NCBI GenBank assembly: GCA_030248215.1
Contig: JASANG010003711.1
Coordinates: forward strand, 124,001-188,000
Reading direction: 5' to 3'
Origin: Enoplolaimus lenunculus
Lineage: Eukaryota
DNA length: 64,000 nucleotides
A model generated the notes under the pieces. That model was not told where the DNA came from. It did no database searches and saw nothing but the letters and a program-made list of their open reading frames with translations. The translations under genes and the position numbers were made by a program. Positions 13,801 to 28,800 of this stretch are shown here, piece after piece (position 1 is the first letter of the stretch; the number at the start of each line of letters is the position of its first letter).

Positions 13801-16800
13801 CGTTGCCGACTGGGGGGGGCGGGACTTCAGTCCGCCTTGAAAAGTTTCGGCCTCTTTTTTGCTAGTCTTCTGACAATTTTAAATGGCTCTGGTAGGTCTC
13901 GATTTTTTTGAGTATCGGTGGTTTCCAAATTGAGACCGAGGTGCAAAAAGCGATAAACAATAATTGCTATTAGCTGAGCTAGTTTGAACTGAGGAAAGAA
14001 CGTAGCAATCTTTTGCTAATATTATAGGCTAATAAATCTAAATGTACATGCGTGAACCACTTAAAAATGTGTGTTTGTTTACTTCATTCAACACTATGAC
14101 TGTATTAATAAACTCTTAAGTTATCTCAAAATGATAAATCTTACTACATTATGACACGAATGGATTAGATTTAGGTTTACGCTTCAGGTTTAGCTATGGG
14201 GGTGCGGAAGTCAACAAGTAGATAAAATTCCACGATTTAAGCAAAGTAAATCAGTTTTGTGCAGAGTTGATCACCAGTTCAGACTACAATTCCACAAAAT
14301 TAATTTAGAGCTGTTGAGCTTTGATCCGTATTTCAAACAAAATAATTTGAGTCTATAAACTATTTCAATTGCTTCATTCAACAACGAAAATACTTTAATC
14401 TTGAACTAGCACACGTTCGCTCGAGTGCATCTCTGCTTTCAGTGCGCACTAATCGCGGTTGGCTCTAATTGCGCTTGCAATCGCAATTTTAAAATCACGT
14501 TTAAACTTGCAAACGCTGACGTGCCAGTTGCGTTTCGAGACACGACTGGAATCGTGCATTTCAAATAAATTGTAGCAAGCACAGTCGAGATTATTGTAGC
14601 AGTGATCGCGAGAGGTTCAAACCGCATTTGCGAGGGACCGCGGTCAAAAAACAAGCAGTAGCGACAGGAATCGCGGTTTTGATCCCAATCGCGATTGCGT
14701 GTAATTCTGTCCGCGACTTATAATACTAGACATACCAGCTAAATATCGCTGTGCTGCTTCGCGTTCGGCATCGCTTTTGACAGTTTCAACATTGAACATA
14801 CATTTTCGAATGATATCTTCGCGTCCAATTGACCTCAATGCACGCTCCAATGCATTTCCTGATGAAAAAACTGTCAGAATAAAATAATGAAAAATGAAAC
14901 CTAATGAAGTTAAAAATCCAAACATAAACTTCAAATCATACACAAACCTATTGAACCGCTCACAATATCATTCCATGGTTGCCTCACCGATTTGTAAGAC
15001 TGTTGGAGTAAACGACTGAATGTACAAGTGAATAAGTCATGAGTGAACTGAACAACAGTTGATAGGATTCCAACATCAATTACCGTATAAACAGATCTCT
15101 TCTGAGTAATAATGCTGCACTTGCCTGTCGCTAAGCGTCCAGCGCGTTCAAACCAAATCCTGAGTGTAATGATTGCTTCTTGACCTGGATATTCAGCTCG
15201 AATTTGGGTAATATCCATTTCCGGCAAATCAAGCTGGCGCGCCAATCGATCCCAGTCGTAGGTTAATTCAGCGGCGATGTCAGACAATCGAATGTCAGCT
15301 TTGTGGATTGTTTCGTGAACTGAAACCAATAATGCTACAACTATGTAATACATAACCATTGCATGTTTGAGAATTTGAAACACTTCTTGTTATAATGCGC
15401 TAGTGAATCAAAGTTATATTTATTGAAACGCTTTCACTGAAACATAGCAGTTTGTACCCTACAAAAGATCGCCAGTTACTCCAGCAACCTGTAAACGGTC
15501 GCTGTTTCCGTGAGCATTTCAAACAAAAAATGGATAGTGTCCATAACGACAACAGCATGCTTAACGGAAGATTACTCTGCTTCGATCGAAAGTAATTGCG
15601 TTGTAGTGATGATACGATCCTTCTATAAGAACACTGCGTTCAGCTAAGGTTGGATCTAACGCCTCATTACCTGGGCCTTTCAATTGGGTATATTTTCGAT
15701 CGAGCGTAATCGCGTCGTAGTGAGGAGATGGTGTATTCGATACGTTATCGACTGAAACCCGGCCAACGCCAGTACCGCTTTCCGGAAGGACAACGTTCAG
15801 CGTGCAAATCGGATGCTGTGGGGGCAACAATTCAGAGCGATATTTCGGTTCACGCATGAACGCAATACGACCGGCAGGCGCTTCGTCCATTTCACGTAGC
15901 TGAAATTTTGAAATTTAAACATTTTTATTAAATTAAAAACTAACTACAAATTACTTTATGAACCAACCTTGTAAAGTTCACTCTTCAAAACGCAAGATTA
16001 AAGCTTACTAACTGAAAATTATTTATACTTACAAAGCTTAACACCAGACAGCATGTTTTGCTAAAAACCTTAAAATTAAAGATAAACTGAGCGATGCAGG
16101 CAACATAATTAAAGTTCAAAAAGTCACACTATTATAAACGTTATAATCATGAACAAACACAATCAAAAACTTACCCGTGAAACAAACGGCAAGCGATTCT
16201 CTTGGAATGGAATGAAACCAACTGACAATTGTTCGCCAGACTTGGTCACAGGGACCAAATTTCCTGCGAACTCCAGATATTGCTGTTTGCCCGACAACAC
16301 CTAATGAAAAAATGAAAACATAATGTAGTTAGAAACTGAATACTGGATATACTACTTCTAATCTAAAAACAGTAGTCACTCAGTAGCAATTTCCACCAAA
16401 AACTGACTTCCATTACTTACTGTTGTAACAAAAAGGAGACAATCAAAAGTATTATTGTCCCACTTCAGAACGCAGCCAACGTTGTCCAGTTCCCACTGTT
16501 TAAACCAAACAAGTTTAATCAGCTTGAAAGAATCAAACCACGTCTGAGTTTCTTACAACATTTTTTATCATTACAACCCAAATCCACAAACATACAAACA
16601 AGAAACAGTAAAAATGGTAAGCCCCGCAAAAACCAAAACTTACATACCTCAACATCCCTGCTTTTGGCAATTTCGATGAAATTCTCTTGTTTTTCCAGAG
16701 TTTTGTCTTCTTTGTCATCGGTCATACAAAAGACGCGCAAATACGATTCCCGTGGATCCAGCCATCTTCCAAACACAACAAATTTACCCATATAGGGTAC

Positions 16801-19800
16801 AACAATTGCGTCTGAATAAATATCATGCGCCATTCGGGCAGACTCGCGCGGTGTTTGACAGTCCATTAACCAAAACCTAAAATACACATATTCCAACGTA
16901 AAACTCTGCTGCAATCAAAAATATTGGCAACAACTACGAGAAGATATTCATAACTGTGTATAACACTTATCGCCAGTAAGTGAGGTCGTGAAATAAACAA
17001 ATTCCTGCATTATATATACAACTAAAAGTCCGACAGTAGCAAAGAAAGTTTATTCAAAAATATGTGCCCGTTTTATTAACTCCCATCGCCAGTTAGTAAT
17101 AAGTCCTCAAACAAGCACATACCGAAAGCTGCGCAACTGAAATTCCACACAGCAGAATAAATTTAGTCCAAAAAATCTGCTTAAATTTTTAGAACATCGT
17201 TTTAGTTGCAAAGTTACACCGCAATGCACGTATGATCAGCTAGTGAGAGATACTAAACACATTTACGAATACGAACAAACTTGTGAAGTCATGGACTAGT
17301 TTTAATTATTTTCCAAATATATCACAAATCTTCGTTAGATTTCATCAAGACGCCATAAATTTTATTTCAAGTTCCAACTTCAATTATTTGCTACTAATCC
17401 ATAACAAAACAAACAGACAAAATCAAAACAAGATTTGCTAACAACAACATATGAACCACCGTCATATCAAAATACGAAAAATATTTAATAACCTCGCCGA
17501 TACTGTGGTTGTAAACGAAACAGTATCATTCACAAAGTTTAGTTGAGTGGTCCCGGTTATGTCTTCCCACTGTGCTGGAGCTTGTCCGCCTGTAAAAATA
17601 TACGTATATAATGCCTTAAAATATACTAGCAGTAACTCTTTACTGATATGAAAATTCCAACACTACTTTACGCACATTCAACATTAAAATCATTTGCTGT
17701 CAACAAACTTTACCACAGAACATAACTACTGCATAAGTAAGGTGTTAGCGGCAATATACAAATGCGCATATTCTACTACAGCGTCTTACACAAGGCGCAA
17801 AGATTTGCAGACGTCGTTCGTGACACAAGATGACGTATATTATACTATCGTGCCTTGGGCATTAGGACCGAACAGATCCTCTATGTGTCCAATAAATATG
17901 TTTTCACGATTCTGAGAAATTTGCAGCGGATCAAAACTGTGAACTTACAGTCTTAACCGGACCTCAAACGTCGTTCGTAAACACAAGATGTACATACTAT
18001 CATGCATTGGTGATGTGGACCGAATGGATCCTCTAAGTGGCCAATAAGTATTATGTTTTCACTATTCTGAGAAATTTGCAGCGGATCAAAGCTGTACACT
18101 GTCGGACCTCGTCGTTTTTGCTGTTCGCTTTACATCACTAACGTGTATTGTGATTTATTCCACCGCACCTTAGTTTGTTGATTTTGACGCTCACTAACGC
18201 TTGATTTTGACAATTTAAACAGTTGGGAATTTTCACCCTCAATACTACTCACAGCACTGTCATATTAAAGTATATTTACCTGTAATGCTACACAACAGCC
18301 GCAGAGTCGGTGGTTCCTGGCCTTGTCCCTGATACTGCGTTGTCATTGACCGGTTCGATCCTTGTGGCAGCGGAATTGTGAGTGTAATTGGTTTATGAAA
18401 TTTACGTCGACGCGGCTCAACGGTAACAATTGGCGACACTGCGACACGATTGCCGTGAAGACGATTCACCAAATCGTGCGGTACAGGTTGTGCCTATTAA
18501 CGGGTTATGAATAGCAACATACTATAAAATTGGTACACTCCAGTAGCCAAAGGGGTATCATCCCAATTTAGCTAAGAGAGTTCTTTCTTTCAATAATTTC
18601 GAATCTATTACAGTCGCGTACAAATATTAACCCCCTATAAATTATGTGTAATTTTCTCAATCTATAAATATTGTTAGGGGTCTCAGCAGGGTGCGACCAT
18701 CCAGCTTCGGCTTTAGTATTTTAACTCGCCGAATATTTTTTAAAAACTTAAAAAAATTTATACCATTATTCGTAGTTATGCCAACTACCATTCAACTGAT
18801 TGAGTTACTTTTACATATTTTTTCTATCACACGTGTAAATGCAAATGTTTGCATGCGACCGTGTACATTCACAATCTTTATTGGGTTACAATAACGCTGT
18901 AAAACCGGACATAGTTGAGGAGTGTTATCCTAGGATAGCGAAATTTTATTCGACAGACATTAGTTGTTTCAACAATTTTAACTTCTGTTTTTACAGGTTT
19001 ACCAACATTTGTTCAATCCTCGACTTCTAGTCTCGGTTCCAAACCATCGACACTCAAGAAACAGACAGCTGGCAAATACCGAGACTTGCCGAGACTGAGA
19101 CATAGACTCCAATCCCTGATCTAAGCCACTTCTGTTTTATAGTACCTACCGAAAACTAGATGCCCTTAAAAAGAACATGGGACAAACGAAAGAACATGGG
19201 ACAAACGAATATGCAACTCAACGCAACGCTACAAAAACATAGAATAGTAGAATAGGGTCATTGAAAGTTAAAAATGTATCGCCGCGAGATATTAAGTATT
19301 GTCCCGTAAACACATTGGGTACCTTAAGCCACGGAACGTAGAATAATTTTAAGCTACGTTAGTATTAGATTTGAATTCATTATCCGGCTCCGGCTCCGGC
19401 TGGATATTAGATTATCCGGCTCCGGATCCGTCAGTTTTTGGTACCCGGTCGCACCCTGTGTCCCAGGTATTCTGAGCTATTACTCATCTATCATTATTTT
19501 GTAGCAAACGGACAACTCCGAACTGACAACAATTAATGCTTATTTCTTTAATTTCATCCATGTTATCTCAATCAGAGTGGATTAACAACAAAACACAATG
19601 CGCACTGGGAACTTTGTCCAAATGGTATAACACTATTTTTTAGTCATTAGCCACAAAGCAAAGCAAAAGCCTTTGACTCACCTGTAAGCTAACTTTGATC
19701 GTTTTCGTCAACGCACCTTCCGGGAAGATTGCTTGTACTTGAGGTATTACGGTTGATGCAATCATGCCGCCTTCTGGTCCAACTGCATGCACTTCTTGTC

Positions 19801-22800
19801 GCACGCGAGTGACAATTGCAAAAAATTGCGGAAAATCGTTAGTCAAAATGCGCGTGATGCGTGTTGTTTGCAAATCTTCCAGCTGAGACAACTCTACAAC
19901 GTAGCAGACACAGCGGCGTACATATACACTGTCCTCTTACCTAAAGCTCCGCCTGAGAATAAGCCAAAGAGCCCAAAACTTTAACCAAGCTCTTAGCAAA
20001 GAAACAAAAAAGAGATTCGCATAATGTGAAGATCAAACTATAAATAAGTACTCAATTTGAATTCCAATTTCCACTGTACTTTAAATTTCATATTTCCTTT
20101 CAAGCAACCCGCAGACACTGTTACAATGTCCACGGCCCATATTTGTAGAAGGTTCACATTCTTGCTGCTTGCAGTCATACAATAGTTGAACACCAAGAAA
20201 AGCTCAATACAAACCTTCAGCGTCGAAACTTTCGTTCAAAACTTCTTGCACTGCGTCTTCAGTCGCCTCCAACTGATGTTCCTTCCAGTGTTCACCATCG
20301 TCAGATCGCAATATTACAATCTCACGTTCGTGACCTCGCAGAGACGCAAAATGTGGCACCTCAATTATGACTGGCCTGAAAAAAGGTAATATAAGACTGC
20401 AATAAAACAACAAAAAATTCATAGCTACTACATGAGTTTTATATTTTGAGTTTTCAACCAACCAATGTTAAACACAATATTTTTGTTATGTTCAACCTGA
20501 AATGTCACGAGTATCCATTAAATTTGTTTTGGTCTAAAAATAGAAAAAGTTCAAACGCAGTTGAACAAAATACTATCCTAAAAACTTAACAAACAAACCG
20601 GAGTCTTAAAATTAACTTTATTCCAAATAACGGATAAAATATACGTAGCGTCTGCTTGCCCTAAAAACTTGGCACCAGCCGGACCCATTTCCAGCACTCG
20701 AGACGCCAATGCTTCGCCTTCGGACAAAGGAGGTGGATGCGTTAGTTTGTCCTAAAACAATTTATTCAGAATACTAATGAAACCACCATTCTGCTATAAT
20801 ACTGCAGCCAGCCACAAAATTTAACTGGAAAAGGAAACGTAATATTCAATATCAAGTTCAATTTGGACCTCATTATCCAATCAAATGGAGCGCTGTGATA
20901 ACTTATAAAGCCGAGTAGTTTAATCAATTACGCCATCTACATCCCTACAGTAACTGCATCATAAAAATGTATTGTCAAACTTGTATAGCATTTATTGCCA
21001 AACAGTTGGCATAGAAAATTAGACCAATAGTAACGCGTCTGACGATATGTAATACAATTAGCTAAACGAACCTTTCTCAAATACCGACACGTAATCCGCA
21101 TTGGCATCGGAGCCTTGCGCGGCGGAACAATAATGCGAACGCCAGAATGACGACAGCCACGCATCGCGCCACCGCGTGCGTCGACCATGAACGAGATCAA
21201 AAAGCTGAAAACAACAAAAACATTTTTTCTCCAATCAAAAGCATCTGTTCAGGATAGCTTAACAAGAAGCAAGCCCCAGTAACATGCATCATGTAAGCAT
21301 TCAATATAGCAAGCTACCCAATAAAGCGCAAGAATGGCTGACACTAATTTATATCTTGAACGCGCATAAAAGACAACAGCAAAGCTTTTATTGGCAAAAA
21401 CTTTGAGTTTGCAACCGCTGGAGTAGTAAACAGTTTTTGTTCATAAGCACCAAAATTGTATAAATATTGCATATTCAATAATCCAAAAGTGCTAATTATT
21501 ATGTAATGTAATCAAAACCAACGATGCTACGTAAAGGTTTGCTTGTAACTATGACTAGACCAAACTGTTATTCAGGTCAACAACACAGGTAATAAACCTT
21601 GGCCAGATTTCTATTCTCCGCTAATAACAGTTTAGTTTAATACCACTAGAAATTCGTCCACGTGCATTGAACAGGCTAAACATTACACAAAAATCACTTT
21701 GACTAGCAGCAAATTCACTCAGACTACCTAGTTAGCTGGCCGGAATAACAGTTTAGCCTACGACATATACGTCATTGCTGATGTGCACAATTTGACTTTT
21801 GTGATAAAGCACACGTTGGCTCACGGTATTATATTTTCCATATGTCAAAATTTGCCGACAGTTCACATTTAATTCTTAAAAATCGGCTTGATCACATAAG
21901 TCAAAGTGCACATTGCTATTCAGTAACGTCGACTTGCGCAGCAGCAAAATGTTATCTCAGCGTTTTGAATACAAAGAAGAAGGCACACCAAGCAGAAAAT
22001 TTTAATATCACTTCAACACTAGTTGACAACTTAATCCATCAGGGCAAAGTGCTACCGAACCCACGATTTGACCGATTCCGAATTCGAATCCTAACTTTGA
22101 AAAGTTCATTCGTCCACATAAAAGTGTTGTATAAAATTATTAAAACTGTAGTCGTTTAACATGCAGGCTTAGTACACCTAATCTTATTGAAACATAAACA
22201 TTTGGAACATCAAAACCCGAATTTATTCAAAGATGAATTGTGGTTCGAACCCCAAGTACGAAACATACACGGAACATTTTCGAAAACAACTCATTCTGTT
22301 TAAAGTCAATTTCACCAACGCACACAGTTGTTCACGAACCACGCTAAATTCGAGTTTTTCAAAACCGAATCCAAAGCTTCAATTTGAACCGAATATGACA
22401 CGAATCCGACCTTATGTTGCCATCCTGGTTCAATAAGCCCTTGTACGGTCCACTTTCCCACCATATAAGGCTAAGCTAAAGTTCAGGTTTAGGTACGCTG
22501 AAACGTTACGAAAACAATTGTTCAGTAGCCCTTGATTCTACCTTATTTTAGTGTTGGCTGTTGTGTTAAATAAAAAAAATCGTTTACAGCTATATACATA
22601 GGGTACTATTCAAAATGATAACCTACATAAATTAAAAAGCAGACACCGCCAAAATATTTTACAACTTACCATTTTCGTACAAAACTATTGCTTGAAAAGC
22701 TTAAATCGCTGCACTCATTTGATTTAAATACCAATCTATTAAAAATTCACAATTTAATCCTATAGCACAAATGTACAGTCCAGTTTTCGTTGCTTCAAAA

Positions 22801-25800
22801 TGTAATTTTCATAGCAGATGACCTGGGGGTCCTGGGGGCAGGCTTAAAATTTTGCAAACCGACTTTTTGGACCATTTTTTCATTCTAGACCGTGTTTCCA
22901 ACTCAACTGAAGATTACTCATCGCTCAACATGACAAAAATTTCTCGCTAACGCTAATAGCAATAATTTTAACTAATATTACTGACAACTTTACCAGAAGT
23001 TGAAAGAAGCACAATTATATAAAATATAGATAATCTATAATTGAAACTGTGATTAATATATATTTTGTATATTAGTCACAGCTTCAATTTATCATAAGGC
23101 TCAGGCGGGTTGAACTTGCTGCTGCAAGGTACTTTCGAATGCTATATGCCCTGAAACGGTCTTTATATAATTGTGCTTTTTCAGTTCATTATTGAATTGT
23201 ATAAGTTACTACGGGTATTTGTAATGCTATTAAAAATTATGAGTACTCAGCGTAATATAAAACCATATTTTGCCGAATGTCCGCCTCAAAAGAAGTCCAG
23301 GTCTCCCCCGCTGTGGAGAAGCCAGTTTCGTAGGCTAAATTACGACTTGGGCTACGACATATGTGTGTTGAAACTAAATAGCAGTTGAAAAAATAAACAA
23401 TTGCACAATAGAAACTACATATTGTGGTTAGTGCGGGGTGTTTGTGGGACGCCAGCCCTATATTCCGCGTAGGGCCTCTTGAAATTGGACTGGATTAAAA
23501 AGAGCTCTAGCCCCCAGAATTGAAAACTAAGCTATTTCCATATAGACTACACTACCTTTTAAATGAGGAAAGAGATGTTTTAAATCTATTATATTATCAC
23601 TAACGTGTGTCTCGGGGCCGGGGGGAGGTTGGTGCAATTTTCCATTTATCAATGTATCACTAGTATTGGGTAAACTGAATAAGAATATGCCAAGAAATTT
23701 CTAATTTCCTCACGCTACAAATTAAACAAGAGAAGAAAGAAATATAGCAATAACAACAACAAATCAAACATTCTACTTTACGGAAACCACAAAGACAACA
23801 ACAACAACAACAACGCAACCACAAAGACACCGTGACGACATTCAATACTAACCTTCTCCATTTCAGACGGCTTTAAAATAATTGAAATACAATAAAAAAA
23901 ATCATTGCAAGCATGGAAATAAGGTTACAGAAACATAAAACAGGATCGCGACAAAATTTAGCATCATACATCAGCTTGACTGTGTTAGCAATTATTAGTT
24001 GTTCTCAACCGAAATTATGCATAATAACGTTGGATCTATTGCTACGTTATATTGAGATTCGATCGAGACACAGACGGAACGACTGGTGTCTCATAGGAAG
24101 CGATCACAAGCGGATCCACGAAGGGGGGCGTACGCACACCCGTCAGAATTTTTAGTAAAAAACCAAATTTTACCGTCAGAATTTTTTGTAATAAATAAAT
24201 AAATAAATAAATAAAACCCTACAATTTTTTCTTTGAAAATTTTTGTAATCAACCGTCGGATAGAAAACGATGTCCGCTAAAATCTACCGGTTACCGGTGA
24301 CCACATCGAAACATGGGCGTCCGAGCCAAAATTTTGAATAACTGAGGCCACACCAATTACATTATTTTATATCTGCATAAATAGTGATGTCCCGGCTTTC
24401 CCTTTTGATAGTTATTTACAATGTACCTCCTACACTGAACAGAAACAAAATTTGCCCAAAGCCATCATCGAAGGTATACGACACCGCCGATCACCCTCAG
24501 GCTCTACGCCTTGCGTCTAAAAAGCACAGGATGACAAACGGATGTACACTGCAGCACACGCAACAAGGGATGGTATTCATGAAATACACTGATCCAAACA
24601 GCGATCGCGCGGGTAAGCAACGCACTTACTCATCGGCAGCCGGCTCAACAATTGCTTGCGTTGCACGCTGAGCCCTACTTTTAATGACCCGTTTAGTTCC
24701 GGGTCGGTCCGTTTTGTGTTCGCTTAAACTCAAAAATTATAATTTTTATTTTAACTGAAATGGCTACCGTCAGCCAAAACTAATACGGCAAGAAAAAAAT
24801 TTAGCTAAGAACACTAAAATCAATTTAGGGTATATTATATACATATGTTCTACATTTTTGAGAACCAGGGTTGAATTTAGTATTTAGAAAAAAACTGAAT
24901 GCTCAAATTATTTCAAAACTGAAATTATCATCTTCCAAAATAAGCGAAGAGATTCAAGGCAAATTACTCTGCCATACAAGTATGACCTTACAAAATAAAA
25001 CATTTTCGTTCGAGCAGCCTCTATGAGAGTCCACCTTTAGACTTGCTGCAAGAGACCGAATAACCCAACTTCAACGACTACAATTCACCGGTTCGCAAGT
25101 TCTATAAAAGCTATTGCCAAACTGGTGGGCACAGGCTACACGCCGTATAGAACCAGCGACCTTCACTTTTCTCAAAATTGACAGCATTAAATCGCAACAG
25201 CGACTGCGACTTGCTCGCTCGCTGTCCTACCCCACTTGCATGATATATTGATTACCCTTAGCTCACGTCACTGTCTATGATCTATGCTATATCAAATACC
25301 GGTCCGAAGAGTAACGCATATTATTATGTCCACAATTCTACTCGTATCACCGCCTACTAGGTTTCATAAATACGCGTACACAGCAGTTTATTACGTTCAA
25401 TCTCTACAGTTATATTCCACCGCATTCCGAACTGTTTTTACACGTTACGTTATCTAAAATTGACTAATTCAAAACAAAGCTGTTTCTTACAAAACGTTGG
25501 ATAGAAATAAGCCCCCCCCCCAATGAAAATGAACCAGAATAAACATAAATTTAAACAAGAGTCACTGACCCACGGCGGTGACAACAAAAAGGTATTCGTT
25601 GACGATTTCAAAAAACTGTACATTCAAAAATACATTATAAGGTTGACACTACAGTCCTATACGAGAAAATTCTACGCTAAAGCTGCTAACGATGCATTTA
25701 AGTTGCATTTTGGCTAGGTACGCTAAACCCTACTTAAGTACGTTTTAAGTAATTACTTAACCATTTTGTCGTTTTAAGACCGTACTTAAAAGTTAAGTAA

Positions 25801-28800
25801 ATACTTGAGTTGCTGGCCAAATTTGATAGAATACAAATTTGCCATTCAGGCATACTAACCTTGGTCAAATTGAAATTGTAGACTATTGGTCCCTTCTCAA
25901 TATAACGCAAAACTATTACTTTCATGTTATGACAATGGCTAACATTTGGCGTTTATTTGTTTTAGATCGCAAATTTAAGTAGTTACTTAAGTCGGCGACT
26001 TAAGTAATTACTTAAGTATAACTTAAGTAAATACTTAAGTAAGAGTTCAGAAACCCAGCCTCGTTTTTGTATATCTAAAACGCATAACCTTTTGAAGACT
26101 GCCGATAGCGGAAACAAGAGCCACATTTCTCGCAACCTCAAAACCCAACTCACCCGGTATGTATGGCGGAGCGAACGATTTCCACATTATCCGGCAGATA
26201 ATGTCCTTCGAGCCTGAAATCATCTGGAGACGACGAAACCGGTTGTGTCTGGGCTGCACGCTGAATCAACGCTTCGAGTTGATCCTAAAATTAACAAGAC
26301 CAACAATTACCCAAATGAAATGTAAGTGATGTACCGACGAACTTGGGCTGGAAGGTGTCAGCACATAAAACGACTAAAATATGAGTTTAACGAAAAAAAT
26401 GACAAATCGTTAATGATGGCTCACTGAGCCAGCGAGTGTCTTTGCCCAACGCAAATCAAGTTGTATCGAACGGAAATCCCTGCGGTTCGTCGCTACCTCC
26501 CCCCCCACACGGGACGCCTGTGTAAAATATACATATACATAAAACTCGTTTGCATCACACGGTGGCAACAAAGGTTCGGATTCGGCAAATATTTGCGGTT
26601 CGGATTAGGTTGTAAAAAAGGCCGACTCCAAAAACCAAATCCAAAAATGCTCGGCAATATGTTATTTCAGTTTTAAACAACAAAAATTTTAAATAACGTG
26701 TTATATTAAAAAATTAACGTTTAGAAGTTAAACGAAATTACAGATATATATACATACGTATAACTGAAATTTGCAACATGCAACAATCGGATCGGATTCG
26801 GTAAATTAGCAATGAAATTCGGACTCGGTCAAAAATTGTGGATTCGGTGCCCACCCTGTTGCAAAATCCACGTCAAAATATAAGACATATCTAATCTTAC
26901 GTACTAATTAAAAATGTTATGCGATTTCCCAAATAGATGCTCGATGTCATACATATGCACGGTCGATCCCGTTCAGCCTACACAACCGGTCACTGCTCTG
27001 CTAAGTGTTCGTCCTAATAAAAGAAACATTTACGCGTGACGTAGAGCTATTAACCTCGAGCAGGACAGCAAAAAACATTAAAAACTGTTTACACACGCAA
27101 CTGACCTGTTCCATCGATTTTTCCATAGGCAACGAATCATCTCCAAGACCCTTCATATCTTCTCCTAAAGCATGCTGTTCACCGACTGCTACCGCATCAT
27201 CACCTGTAAATTTAATAAATCTATACATATATATATATACATTTATGGCTTGTACACTGAAAACTACTTGGGGCTGACTTAAACGCCTTTATAAATCTTG
27301 CCGATTGACAACAATTTATGACTGCAAAATTTTCAAAAAATTCAAGTTCTACGGTTCAGAAGCTTCAAAAAAATAAAAAAACAAGTAAACAATCAACTTG
27401 CGTACGAAGGTCTCAAAAAGCAAATATTTTGAACACAGACCGGCTAACCAGCACAACAACAAACTGATTTAGCTTAAGCTTAGTAAATATAGCAAATATA
27501 TTTTCAACGTTTTAATTCAGAAAACCCGAACCTATATTATCTCAGATTATACTTAAACTAAAGCTATATTATTAAACCTTGGAATAACGATTTCATAATA
27601 ATACACCATATATAATTGAAAGAATCGCGCGCCGTCGCACACTTCCGTATTACGACGCCCACATTTCACTCAAGATACGTCACCAAAAACCGCACAAAAC
27701 TGCCACAGTAGAGAAAAGGACTTTTTCAGTTTAATTACAATATTATCACACATCTCGAAATCATTTCAGCAAAACGGTGCGTGTCAAACAAACTGCACAC
27801 AAACATATCACATTGCTTACACAATGCCACAAAATTCAACAAACCCCAAACATACAGAATTCAACAAACCCCAAACATACAGAATTCAACAAACCCCAAA
27901 CATACAGAATTCAACAAACCCCAAACATACAAAATTCGCCAAACCCCAAACATACAGAATTCAACAAACCCCAAACATACAGAATTCAACAAACCCCAAA
28001 CATACAGAATTCAACAAACCCCAAACATACAGAATTCAACGCAAATAATTATCTAAAAAACACATCGGTATCTACAACATAAACCTTAGTTTTCAAAAAT
28101 CTGCCAAATTCGCTTTAGACGCTGAGTTTCACAACAAAGCACACCGACTCTTTAACAACCGACCCCACAAAACGAACCCAATGCGGCAGTAAATATTTGC
28201 CACAATGCTGCTAATTTTGCAAATATATATTTATCAAGTTTTACAGCAGTAACCTGTTCTAACAAATTCCTCAAATCCTGTTCGCGTATGCAAAAGGTCA
28301 TTGCATACCTGCTGCGAGATGCAACATCTACATATAAATGTTCGGCCACGATTAGTATAGCAAAGAAAATCCGAACCCCGACATCCTTAAGCCGGAAATC
28401 CAGAGTCTAACCTAAGCCCAAATTTTCTGAAAAATACCCGGAATAACCACAGTTCCCTGGATCGGGGGCGAACCGGCACGCAACCCTATTCCTGCCGTCG
28501 AAATTTTATCCCCCAGTAACTATACTACCAATCCAATTCGACTTCAAAACGAAATTTTCCCACACACATATATGCCCGTGTTTACCTCTATAACTTGTAC
28601 TTCTCTGCTTTCTCACACAGCCAAGGACACTTCCTACAGACGACGCCAAGTGCCGCTTTCGTGTTCCAGCTTTCATATCAGCTAACAAAACGTGAGCTGG
28701 GGGTTTGACAAAGCCATAAATCTGCGTTTTCAATCGATATCCGAACGCAAAAACCTTCACCAAACGCGATTCCCTAATCGGACCTCACACAATTATAATT

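Noticed and set aside
27833..28040. Repeat array as CRISPR, or its three overlapping ORFs as genes
   Set aside because: Head-to-tail 25-mers with no unique spacers, in a eukaryotic intron with no cas genes. The ORFs arise because the unit lacks stop codons.
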